From contig JBNJFB010000002.1 in NCBI GenBank assembly GCA_051746405.1, positions 1 to 64,000 on the forward strand: a stretch of 64,000 nucleotides of DNA, read 5' to 3'. The notes under the pieces were generated by a model. It worked only from the letters and a program-made list of their open reading frames with translations. It did not search any database and had not been told where the DNA came from. Positions 39,778-49,264 of this stretch are shown here, piece after piece. Position 1 is the stretch's first letter, and each line of letters opens with the position of its first letter. The translations under genes and the position numbers were made by a program. Source of the stretch: Campylobacterota bacterium. Its GTDB lineage: Bacteria > Campylobacterota > Campylobacteria > Campylobacterales > Arcobacteraceae.

Positions 39778-41754
39778 ATGAAAATGTTTAAAGAATTTAA
39801 TATACAAAATTTAGAGAACTCGAAAAATGATTTACAAAAGTTGTTAGAAACAAGTAGGGTACAAGTAGATGAACTTCTACAAATTGAGAATAAAACATAT
39901 GAAAACTTCATGAAAGTCTTTCAAGAAATAGGGGAGAGGATTAGTGATTTCTTAACACCAGTTTTTCATATTGATTCAGTTAAGAATTCAGAAATAACAA
40001 GAAAGGTGTATGAAGAGTGTCTTCCAATCATCTCAAAATATGAAACTGAGGTATCACAAAATGATAATATTTATACAGCTTTAAAAGATATACAGTCTAA
40101 TGAAAAAAGTACATTAAATGATATACAAAATAAAGTACTTGAAAATGAAATTAAAGAGTTTGAACTTTCAGGTTGCCACTTAGAAAATAACAAAAAGAAA
40201 AGGCTTGAAGAGATAAATTTAAGCTTAAGCGAGCTATCTCAAAAATTTTCTCATAATCTTTTAGATGCAACAAATGCTTACGAAATGATTTGTGAAAATT
40301 ATGAAGATGTGAAAGAGATTCCAAAGTCAGATTTAGATTTAGCAAAATTTGAAAAAAATGGCAAAACAAAATATAAGTTTACCTTACAAATTCCTTCATA
40401 TTTAGCATATATGACATATGGAACAAATAGAGAAAAAAGAGAAGAGATATATAAGGCATACTGCACAAGAGCTAGTGAAAATGGAAAAATCATTGAGGAG
40501 ATATTAAAATATAGAGATGAAATGGTTAAAATTTTAGGATTTAGTAACTATGCTTCATATTCACTCTCAACAAAAATGGCAAAGAATGAAGAAGAGGTTA
40601 TATCATTTTTAGAAGAGTTGGGAAAAAAAGGGAAACAAAAAGCAAAAGAGGAGTTTGAAGAGGTAAAAGCATTAGCAAAAAAAGAGGATTCCCTCGAAGA
40701 CTTACAAGCTTTTGATATGGCATACTACTCTGAAAAATTAAAGAAAGAGAAGTATGATTTAGATGAGGAGTACTATAGACCTTATTTTGAACAAGAGTCT
40801 GTTCTAAATGGCTTCTTTGAGTTTTTAAATACTATGTTTAATATAGAGTTTAAAAAAGCTAATACAAATACATGGGATGAGAAAGTAAGAGTATATGATA
40901 TTTTATCAAATAATAAAACTAAAGCTAGAATCTACCTGGATTTAGAAGCAAGATCTGATAAAAGAGGTGGAGCTTGGATGAATAACTGGCACAGTTACTA
41001 TGAAGACTCTAATAATAAAACTCATTTACCAACTGCTTATGTTGTTTGTAACTTCCCACAATCAACCAAATCAACTCCTTCACTATTAAGACACTCTGAT
41101 GTTGTAACACTTTTTCATGAAATGGGACATGCACTACATCACTTGTTAAGTGAGATTAAAGAAGCATTTGTAAGTGGTATAGCAGGAGTTGCATGGGATA
41201 CAGTTGAGTTTCCCTCACAGTTCTTAGAATACTTCTCTTATGATAAAGATGTATTGAAAATTTTTGCAAAACATTATGAAACTAAAGAAACATTAAATGA
41301 TGAAGCAATTCAAAGAATTATAAATGCTAAAAATTTTCAATCATCATTAGCAATGGTAAGGCAAGTTGAATTCGCACTGTTTGATTTTAAACTACATCAA
41401 AAGTTATACAAAAGTGAAGATGAAGTTCAAACCTTATTAGATAGTATTAGAAATGAGTTTGCAGCTATTATACCTCCTTCATACAACAAGTTCCAAAATG
41501 GTTTTGGTCATATATTTGCAGGTGGGTATGCAGCTGGATACTACTCTTATAAATGGGCAGAAGTTTTAAGTGCAGATGCATTTTATATGTTTATTGATTC
41601 AGGAAATATATTCAATAAACAATTAGGATTTAAGTACAAAAACACTATTTTAAGCAAGGGTGGTTCTAAAAATATGGATGAATTATTCTATGATTTTGCA
41701 CAAAGAGAGCCAAGTGTTGATTCTTTGCTAAGAATTGATGGAATTATTAGCTAA
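39778..41754 (+). CDS. prlC: Oligopeptidase A (M3 family)
   Basis: KRGGAWM, FHEMGH, VEFPSQ, GYYSYKWAE. Confidence 0.92.
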   Translation: MKMFKEFNIQNLENSKNDLQKLLETSRVQVDELLQIENKTYENFMKVFQEIGERISDFLTPVFHIDSVKNSEITRKVYEECLPIISKYETEVSQNDNIYTALKDIQSNEKSTLNDIQNKVLENEIKEFELSGCHLENNKKKRLEEINLSLSELSQKFSHNLLDATNAYEMICENYEDVKEIPKSDLDLAKFEKNGKTKYKFTLQIPSYLAYMTYGTNREKREEIYKAYCTRASENGKIIEEILKYRDEMVKILGFSNYASYSLSTKMAKNEEEVISFLEELGKKGKQKAKEEFEEVKALAKKEDSLEDLQAFDMAYYSEKLKKEKYDLDEEYYRPYFEQESVLNGFFEFLNTMFNIEFKKANTNTWDEKVRVYDILSNNKTKARIYLDLEARSDKRGGAWMNNWHSYYEDSNNKTHLPTAYVVCNFPQSTKSTPSLLRHSDVVTLFHEMGHALHHLLSEIKEAFVSGIAGVAWDTVEFPSQFLEYFSYDKDVLKIFAKHYETKETLNDEAIQRIINAKNFQSSLAMVRQVEFALFDFKLHQKLYKSEDEVQTLLDSIRNEFAAIIPPSYNKFQNGFGHIFAGGYAAGYYSYKWAEVLSADAFYMFIDSGNIFNKQLGFKYKNTILSKGGSKNMDELFYDFAQREPSVDSLLRIDGIIS

Positions 41755-41805
41755 AATTTGTAATAATACAGTTAAATTATAAATACAAACGAGGATTTAA
41801 TAGCT

Positions 41806-42366
41806 ATGACAAATGCAGAAACAATTTCAAAACTTAATAATGCTTTAAACACACTAATTAACGCTTATGAAGAGTTACAAGATGAGAATAAAAATTTAAA
41901 AAATAGAATTGATGAGCTAGAGGATGAAGTGTTAGATTTAGAATCTGCTAAAGAAAACCTTGAGTTAGCAAAAAAAGATTTAGAACAAAAAGTATCTAAT
42001 TTATCAGAAAATACACAGCAAGATAAATCTAATATATCTTCAATGTTAGGTAAAATTGAATCACTATTAAATAATAGTAGTGGTTCAAATAAAGAGATTG
42101 AACTAAAACCTAATGAAAATAAAAATAGTGACAGGCAGCCGCATAATAAATCAAGTGACTATACAAAGGAGCACAACTACTCCCACAAATCAAATAATGA
42201 TTTAGATGATATTAAGTTAAGTGGCGATGATAGAAAAGAAGAGCCTGATGCTTTAAACTCTTTTGAAAACTTAAGTATAAAAGTCGAAGAAAAAAAAGAT
42301 GAATCCAATGAGAATAAAATAGATTTAAATAGGATGGCCTCCTTATTAAATGGTTTTAACAACTAA
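41806..42366 (+). CDS. Coiled-coil hypothetical protein
   Basis: N-terminal heptad repeats, low-complexity linker; GAGG SD. Confidence 0.8.
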   Translation: MTNAETISKLNNALNTLINAYEELQDENKNLKNRIDELEDEVLDLESAKENLELAKKDLEQKVSNLSENTQQDKSNISSMLGKIESLLNNSSGSNKEIELKPNENKNSDRQPHNKSSDYTKEHNYSHKSNNDLDDIKLSGDDRKEEPDALNSFENLSIKVEEKKDESNENKIDLNRMASLLNGFNN

Positions 42367-42378
42367 AATGAAAAGAAA

Positions 42379-42657
42379 ATGATATTTTTATTAGATAAAG
42401 AGATGCTATATAATACTTTTAGTATTAATGATTTTAATAAAATAGAAGGAGTTATAAATAGTATGGCTCCTTCTATAGTAGAGTATTATTTAAATGACCT
42501 AACTAACTATGCCCAAGATACCTATCTAAATAAATCACAAGTGGAGTGTAGTGTCTTTATAGGTGATTATAGCTTATACATTGATTATAATAGTAATATC
42601 TATTTAGAGTTAGACAATGAAGCTTTAAGCCCTAGTGGAACAGCAAGTTTCTGGTAA
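42379..42657 (+). CDS. Hypothetical protein
   Basis: 92-aa ORF co-oriented with the upstream gene. Confidence 0.7.
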   Translation: MIFLLDKEMLYNTFSINDFNKIEGVINSMAPSIVEYYLNDLTNYAQDTYLNKSQVECSVFIGDYSLYIDYNSNIYLELDNEALSPSGTASFW

Positions 42658-42675
42658 AACTCTAAACTTTAAAAA

Positions 42676-43728
42676 CTAGAAAATATCTGTTGCTTTTTTT
42701 AGTTTTTCTTTATCAAAGTGAGTATAGATTCTTGAGGTATTAATATCAGCATGACCTAAAGCTTCTTGAACTAAAATTAAATCATGATGTTTTTGATATA
42801 ACATAGTAGCGAAACTATGTCTTAACATATGAGCACCATTCTTCTCTTTTCTAATACCTATACTTAAAAGTATATTTTCAACAACTCTACTTATATATGC
42901 TTGAGTTAATCTCTTGCTGGATTTATTACATACCAAATATTCATCACTACAACATCTTATATCTAACCAATTATCTAAATCATTTTTTATAATAGCTTCT
43001 TTTATCATTACAACTCTTGGTTTGTTACCTTTTCCTCTTATTTGAAATAAGTAAACATCATCCTCTTTGAATATATCTTTTACTTTTAAATTTAACATTT
43101 CAGATACTCTAATACCTGTATATATTATTATTTTCAATATTAATCTATTTCTACTAGCAGTATCTTGTGTAAACTCAAAGGTATCAATAGCTTTTAAAAA
43201 TCTATTGATCTCATCTTTTCCCATAAAAGAGGGCAGTTTAGTACCTGCATTTCCACTTAAACCTCCCCAATTTTTAAGCTCAATTTTAAATAAATATGAT
43301 GTTCCATCACTGTTTTCATTTTGCTTATCAATATAAGAAAAGAAACCAAGTAGGGCAATTCTATGGTTTTTTTTAGAAGCATCGGATAGTCCACTTGTAG
43401 TACTTGCTAAAAAATCACTCAATAACTCTTCATCAATCTCTTTCATGGAAGCAAGACCTAAGTTAAGTAAAAATTTGTATAACTTTTTAAGTGGATTAAA
43501 ATATGTATTAACACCTGATAATCCAATATTTCTTGCATCTTTTACTAATATACTTAGTTCATCTATACTATTAGTACCTTTTACTAAAGATTGAATAATA
43601 AATGCTAACTTATCTTTATCATCAACTTGTCTATTTGATAAAGTTGTTAGTTTATATCTTATAAATCGTTCCAGCCAAAAAAGCAGTGTTTTATCAAACT
43701 CATTTGTAAAATCTATCTCATATCGCAT
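42676..43728 (-). CDS. xerH: Chromosome dimer resolvase XerH
   Basis: TGIRVSE, GKGNK, HMLRHSFA, LGH, SRIY; difH-like site immediately upstream. Confidence 0.9.
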   Translation of the reverse strand: MRYEIDFTNEFDKTLLFWLERFIRYKLTTLSNRQVDDKDKLAFIIQSLVKGTNSIDELSILVKDARNIGLSGVNTYFNPLKKLYKFLLNLGLASMKEIDEELLSDFLASTTSGLSDASKKNHRIALLGFFSYIDKQNENSDGTSYLFKIELKNWGGLSGNAGTKLPSFMGKDEINRFLKAIDTFEFTQDTASRNRLILKIIIYTGIRVSEMLNLKVKDIFKEDDVYLFQIRGKGNKPRVVMIKEAIIKNDLDNWLDIRCCSDEYLVCNKSSKRLTQAYISRVVENILLSIGIRKEKNGAHMLRHSFATMLYQKHHDLILVQEALGHADINTSRIYTHFDKEKLKKATDIF

Positions 43729-43786
43729 CTACTATAAATCCTTGTGTTTGTAGTTTAATTCATTATATCGAAATGAAAATTAAGTT

Positions 43787-43814
43787 AGTATTGAAAACTA
43801 TAATTTTCAAACTT
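43787..43814. other. difH chromosome dimer resolution site
   Basis: AGTATTGAAAA-CTATAA-TTTTCAAACTT, 11-6-11 layout resembling the Campylobacter dif as I recall it. Confidence 0.88.
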
Positions 43815-43827
43815 TTATATACTATCC

Positions 43828-43860
43828 AAAAGAGACTACTTTATTAAGTATAACTCTTTT
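43828..43860 (-). terminator. Possible terminator after cheB
   Basis: AAAAGAG..TACTT / AAGTA...CTCTTTT imperfect stem. Confidence 0.4.
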
Positions 43861-43861
43861 A

Positions 43862-44938
43862 CTATCTTCTTTTACCTGTAGAAAACTCAACTATATACCG
43901 TGCAATATCATCTAAATCAACAATATCTTTAACAGCACCAATCTCAATGGCTTTCATAGGCATACCAAATACTACACATGTTTCCTTACTTTGGGCAATT
44001 GTATAAGCACCATTATCATACATATCTTTCATAGCGATCATACCATCATCACCCATTCCAGTCATCATAACTCCCATAGCACCACCACCTGCTGTGTTAT
44101 TAACAGATCTAAATAGAACATTAACACTAGGTTTATGCTGACTAACTTTATGCGTATCTAGTAGTTTTGTTTTGTACTCTTTACCAACTTTTTCTATTGT
44201 TAGGTGCATATTACCAGGTGCTAAATATGCACAACCTCTTTGAAGTACTTCATCACCTTGTGATTGTTTTACATTAACTTGAGAGTTATCGTTTAATCTA
44301 TGTGCAAATGAGTTTGAGAAACCATAAGGTATATGTTGAGTTATAACTATTGGAGGTAAATTACCTGGCAATTTTCTAAATACAGATAATAAAGACTCAA
44401 CTCCACCTGTGGAAGAGCCTATTGCAATAACCTTGCCCCCTGGCATAAAAGCAGGTTTTGAAGGAATTACTTCATCGGGATGTATTTTTTTTGTAATATT
44501 TGAACTTGAAATCTTTGGTTGCTTTAAAGCTTTAGGTTTTTTTAATGTGTATCTTTTAAGTAAAAAAGTTAGATTTAGCAATGTATCTTTAATTTTTTCA
44601 TGAAAAGAACTCATTGAGCCCCCTGCTTCGGGCTTTGGAACAAACCCTACAGCTCCATCATCAAAAATATCATTACCCCTAACACTCTCTCCTGATATGA
44701 CAACAGCTGGCATTGGATGCAGTCTCATAAGGTTTCTTAAGAAAGTAACTCCATCCATTTTTGGCATATTTATATCAATTGTTACTAAATCAGGTTCATA
44801 CTTTTTGATTTTTTCCCTTGCATCGTATGCATCAATAGCAATATCAATAACCTCAAACTCATCAATTGAGTTAATCATATCTTTAATCATTCTTCTCATT
44901 GAAGCAGAATCATCAATTACTAAAACCGTATATACCAA
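43862..44938 (-). CDS. cheB: Chemotaxis methylesterase response regulator
   Basis: Receiver domain, GSSTGG, QHIP, GMGDDG. Confidence 0.95.
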   Translation of the reverse strand: MVYTVLVIDDSASMRRMIKDMINSIDEFEVIDIAIDAYDAREKIKKYEPDLVTIDINMPKMDGVTFLRNLMRLHPMPAVVISGESVRGNDIFDDGAVGFVPKPEAGGSMSSFHEKIKDTLLNLTFLLKRYTLKKPKALKQPKISSSNITKKIHPDEVIPSKPAFMPGGKVIAIGSSTGGVESLLSVFRKLPGNLPPIVITQHIPYGFSNSFAHRLNDNSQVNVKQSQGDEVLQRGCAYLAPGNMHLTIEKVGKEYKTKLLDTHKVSQHKPSVNVLFRSVNNTAGGGAMGVMMTGMGDDGMIAMKDMYDNGAYTIAQSKETCVVFGMPMKAIEIGAVKDIVDLDDIARYIVEFSTGKRR

Positions 44939-44960
44939 TTTTTAACCTTATGTTATATTT

Positions 44961-45632
44961 TTAAAATAAATCAATTTCCATTTGAGGTTCATCTTTATCA
45001 CCATCAAATAAGTCAACACCACCAACATACTCTTTGATAACTGGTGCTTTTGTAATCTCTTTTTGAAGACTTTTCTCTTCTGTAGCAATTTTGCTATCAG
45101 TTTCAGATTTTTGAGTAACTTTAATAAATGTTTGAAACTCATTGGCCAAAAGAATTAATCTACCATGTTCACCTCTTGTATGCTCACTTACTAGCTTAAA
45201 ACCTTCAGATTTACAAAAATCTTTTGCGAACTCTACATTTCTATGACCAATTGAGTTTAATGAATTTCCAAGTTGCATAATATCAGCACCACCTGATATC
45301 TTTGCTACAATATTATTTTTTGAGCATCCCATTTTATACATCTCATTTAGCATTGCTTCAACTGAGTATAATCCATACTTCATATCGTCATTTGCATTGT
45401 TTGTAGTAGGTAATAAAAAGTGGTTCATTCCTTTTATTTTTTTTACTTTATCATAGAACATAATAGCCACACAAGAGCCCAAAAGTGTTTTAAATGCAAT
45501 TTGCTCAATATCTGTACCAACAGCAAACTCACCACCTATTACAGTATGTGTTAATAACCCCTTAGTTCTTTGTGTAAATCTAACAGCTGATGTTTTTTCG
45601 ATGCTTCCATCTTTATGTCCTATTATAATCAA
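44961..45632 (-). CDS. cheD: Chemoreceptor glutamine deamidase
   Basis: TLLGSCVA, GMNHFLLP, KISGGA, IGHRN. Confidence 0.93.
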   Translation of the reverse strand: MIIIGHKDGSIEKTSAVRFTQRTKGLLTHTVIGGEFAVGTDIEQIAFKTLLGSCVAIMFYDKVKKIKGMNHFLLPTTNNANDDMKYGLYSVEAMLNEMYKMGCSKNNIVAKISGGADIMQLGNSLNSIGHRNVEFAKDFCKSEGFKLVSEHTRGEHGRLILLANEFQTFIKVTQKSETDSKIATEEKSLQKEITKAPVIKEYVGGVDLFDGDKDEPQMEIDLF

Positions 45633-46483
45633 CCTATTTCCTTTTGCTTTACAAAAATATTTTGCCCTACTCTAGTAACATAGCTAATCAAATCATGGGG
45701 GTTTTCAGAGTGTCCCAAATATAAAGTACCACCAATTTTTAAATGTAAAAAAAGTTTTTTTAAGATTTCGTTTTGGTCATGGGATGAAAAGTAAATCAAA
45801 ACATTTCTACAAAATATTACATCAAATTGGTTTTTTTCAAATGGATATCTAGAATCATTTAAATTCATAGTTTTAAAAGTAAGCATTCTTTTTAATTCAT
45901 CTTTAACTTTTATCAAAACCTCTTCACCTGCAAGGTTTTTTTGCACTCTTCTTTTAAAGTATTTTTGAGGTTTTATCCAATTAGGAAACTCTTTTGATGA
46001 TTTTGAGTATCTATAAATACCATTTGCAGCATACTGTAATACATTTGTATCAATATCAGTTGCAACAATTGAAGCATCTAAATATTTTTTCAACTCTTCT
46101 TTAGCTTCTAAAACAGTCATTGCAATAGAGTATGGCTCTTCACCTGTTGAAGAAGCACAACAATACATCTGTATTTTTCCACTACTGTTGTTAGCTACTT
46201 GGGGAAGAACGCGGTCTTTTAGATCAACAAAATGAAACTCTTCTCTAAAGAAATGTGTCTTATTTGTAGTAAATGAATTAATAAACTCCGTAACATATCC
46301 AGACTTATTCTCAACCATATCAAGAAGATCCATAATATCACCTTGATATTTTGAATCTCTTTTTAGTTTGTCAATCCTATTTGAAATCATAATATCTTTA
46401 TTATCAGCAAGAGTTATTCCTGTCAATGAATAAAGAATCTTTTTTATTCTATTATGAACATCCTGTGTTGTGTAATTACTCAT
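45629..46483 (-). CDS. cheR: Chemotaxis methyltransferase
   Basis: TNKTHFFRE, STGEEPYS, IFCRNVLIYF, LGHSE. Confidence 0.96.
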   Translation of the reverse strand: MSNYTTQDVHNRIKKILYSLTGITLADNKDIMISNRIDKLKRDSKYQGDIMDLLDMVENKSGYVTEFINSFTTNKTHFFREEFHFVDLKDRVLPQVANNSSGKIQMYCCASSTGEEPYSIAMTVLEAKEELKKYLDASIVATDIDTNVLQYAANGIYRYSKSSKEFPNWIKPQKYFKRRVQKNLAGEEVLIKVKDELKRMLTFKTMNLNDSRYPFEKNQFDVIFCRNVLIYFSSHDQNEILKKLFLHLKIGGTLYLGHSENPHDLISYVTRVGQNIFVKQKEIG

Positions 46484-46502
46484 GTGTTAAAACTACCTAC
46501 CT

Positions 46503-48638
46503 TTAAGAGGCAGCTTTTTTAACAATGCTCATAGTTTTTTCTCTTTTAATTTGAGCATTAATTATACCAACCACATCTAAAATAAGTCCGATACTACCAT
46601 CACCTCTTACAGTTGCAGCACCAATTCCTTCAACACTTCTAAAGTTTTTATCTAATGGCTTTACAACTACTTGGTGCTGATTTAAAAACTCATCAATTGA
46701 TAAAGCAACTTTTGTATTGCTCGATTTTACAACAATTAACATACCATCTTCAAGATTTTCAAAGCTTTTTTCAATTTCAAATAAGTCATGCAATCTAACA
46801 ACAGGTATAAACTCTTCTCTTAACATAAGTAAGTCTTGTGTTCCATCACCAATTTTTTTAATCATATCAGCACTTGGTTGTAATGATTCAACAATTGAAC
46901 TTAATGGTAAAATATATTTTTTATGACCAACTGCAATATCTAAACCATCTAAAATAGCAAGGGTAAGTGGCAACATAATGGTAATAGTAGTACCCTCACC
47001 TGGTGCTGTATCAAGATCAATAGCTCCACCTAATTTTTGAATATTTGTTCTAACAACATCCATACCAACACCTCTTCCAGAGATATCAGTAATTTCAGCT
47101 GCAGTTGTAACACCTGCACCAAATACTAACATAGCTTTTTCTTTATCACTCATTGTTTTCATTTGGTTATCATCAATTTGGCCATTATCTAAAGCTTTTA
47201 AAGCAACTTTTTCCCCATCAATTCCTTTACCATCATCTTCAATAGTAATAATCATTTGACCATTTGCTTGTTCTGCTGAAATAATTATAGAACCCGTTTC
47301 TGATTTACCAGCTTCAACTCTTTGTTCTGTAGTTTCCAAACCATGGTCAAGTGAGTTTCTAATAATATGCATTAATGGATCAGTTAAACCCTCAATCATC
47401 GCTTTATCAATTTCAACCCCATCACCATAATGTTTAAAATCAACTTTTTTACCAAGTTTTCTTGAGATATCCCTTACAACTTTAGGGAATTTAGAGTAAA
47501 TAGACTCCATAGGAACCATTCTTATACTCATAATGGAGTCTTGCATGTCTCTAATATGTCTTTCAAGTAAATCTAATCTTTCTAATACAGCATTTCTTGT
47601 TTTTTGAGCTTCAATTGTTGATGCAAACTGCGTTAACATAGCATTTGTGATTACTAAATCCCCAACATTGTTCATTAATAAATCAATCTTATCTAAGTTT
47701 ACTCTAATATTACTTGTAACAGATGATTTCTTTGCAGGTTTTTTATTTTCACTTGCACTTTTTCTTTCTCTAGTAGGTGCTTTTTTCACTTCTTGTTTTG
47801 GCTCTTGCTTTTTAGTTTCTTGAGTTTTTTCTTCAGCTTTTTCTTGAGGTTTAGTCTCTTGTTTTGACTCTTTTTCTTCTATTTCATTTGTTTCCATAAC
47901 TGAATCAGGTGATATGGAAGGCATATCATCAAAGAAACCAAAATCCTCTTTATCATTTTCAAAAGCGTGAACATCTTCAGTGTTTTTATCTATATCATTT
48001 AACTCATCATCAAAAAAACCATAAGTTTTTGGATTTTCTTCTATATCATCATCTTCAAAGATACCATATGCTTTACTTGTTTTTTGATCATTTAGCTCTT
48101 CATCAAAAAAACCAATATTATCATAAGTGTTTTCAGGCTCTTTTTGTTTTTTCTCTTCTACTTTTTGAACTTCTTGTTTTTCTTCTTTTTGCTCAGAGTT
48201 ATCACTATTTGAAGTTTCATTGCTTTGTGCAGGGTTTTCTCCATTAATGTAAGCTTTAATTTCCTCTAACAGTTCAGAAGTCATATCTTCATAATTCTCT
48301 TGAGTTAAATCTTCCGCAACCTCTAAATCAAGTATTTCTTTCATAACATCTAAACCATCAATTAATGTTGTAGCCATATCTGGAATAAACTTAATTTGAT
48401 GGTTTCTTAATTTATCCATCATATTTTCAACATGATGAGTAAACTCTGCAAACATAACTAACTCTACTGAAGCACCACTTCCTTTTAGAGTATGTACATC
48501 TCTAAATAGCTGACCCATTTCGTCATCAGTTAACGCTCCATTTCTTTCTGCTTCTAATAGAACATTATCAGCTGACTCAAATAACTCCTCAGCTTCTTCT
48601 AGGAACATTTCCCTATATTTAGAAATATCAAATGACAT
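46503..48638 (-). CDS. cheA: Chemotaxis histidine kinase
   Basis: Hpt FRDVHTLKG, HIIRNSLDHG, SGRGVGMDVV, C-terminal CheW domain. Confidence 0.96.
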   Translation of the reverse strand: MSFDISKYREMFLEEAEELFESADNVLLEAERNGALTDDEMGQLFRDVHTLKGSGASVELVMFAEFTHHVENMMDKLRNHQIKFIPDMATTLIDGLDVMKEILDLEVAEDLTQENYEDMTSELLEEIKAYINGENPAQSNETSNSDNSEQKEEKQEVQKVEEKKQKEPENTYDNIGFFDEELNDQKTSKAYGIFEDDDIEENPKTYGFFDDELNDIDKNTEDVHAFENDKEDFGFFDDMPSISPDSVMETNEIEEKESKQETKPQEKAEEKTQETKKQEPKQEVKKAPTRERKSASENKKPAKKSSVTSNIRVNLDKIDLLMNNVGDLVITNAMLTQFASTIEAQKTRNAVLERLDLLERHIRDMQDSIMSIRMVPMESIYSKFPKVVRDISRKLGKKVDFKHYGDGVEIDKAMIEGLTDPLMHIIRNSLDHGLETTEQRVEAGKSETGSIIISAEQANGQMIITIEDDGKGIDGEKVALKALDNGQIDDNQMKTMSDKEKAMLVFGAGVTTAAEITDISGRGVGMDVVRTNIQKLGGAIDLDTAPGEGTTITIMLPLTLAILDGLDIAVGHKKYILPLSSIVESLQPSADMIKKIGDGTQDLLMLREEFIPVVRLHDLFEIEKSFENLEDGMLIVVKSSNTKVALSIDEFLNQHQVVVKPLDKNFRSVEGIGAATVRGDGSIGLILDVVGIINAQIKREKTMSIVKKAAS

Positions 48639-48655
48639 GATAACCCCTTTTTTTA

Positions 48656-49024
48656 TTATCTACTTAAAACTATATTAACTGCTTTTAACAGTTGATCAGG
48701 TACAAAAGGTTTAACAATCCAACCTGTAGCACCTGCAGCTTTACCTTTTGTTTTCATTTCATCACTTCTTTCAGTTGTTAAAACTAAAATAGGTTTTTTT
48801 GAATACTGTGGTAATTTTCTCAGTTCTTCAATTAATGATAAACCATCCATATTTGGCATATTTACATCAGTAATTACTAAATCAAACTCTTCAGCTTTAG
48901 CTTTTGCTAAACCATCAACTCCGTCAATAGCTTCAGTTACATTTGTATATCCACCCTCATTTAATGCATAATTTAGCATATCTCTTAGCATAGTAGAATC
49001 ATCTACAATTAAAAGCTTAGCCAT
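48656..49024 (-). CDS. cheY: Chemotaxis response regulator
   Basis: Single receiver domain (DD, DVNMP, LTTE, KPF) upstream of cheA. Confidence 0.9.
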   Translation of the reverse strand: MAKLLIVDDSTMLRDMLNYALNEGGYTNVTEAIDGVDGLAKAKAEEFDLVITDVNMPNMDGLSLIEELRKLPQYSKKPILVLTTERSDEMKTKGKAAGATGWIVKPFVPDQLLKAVNIVLSR

Positions 49025-49264
49025 TTAAAACCCCTTAGATTAATTAAAAAATTATTTGTAATATACTAACGTAAGATTTATTAATATTCGTTTATAATTT
49101 AATATATACCTACGCATACCCCAAATATTTGCACATTTAGCGCATATTTGATATTAAATTGTAATAATTCTACCATAAATTATAATGTAAGATACTAAAA
49201 TGATATGTTATTTTTGATTATTTTGAAAGATTTAAATAAAAAGGAGAACCTTTTTATTTAATTT

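Noticed and set aside
42676..43728. A second integrated element around this tyrosine recombinase
   Set aside because: It is XerH with its dif site, flanked by housekeeping genes and with no att repeats
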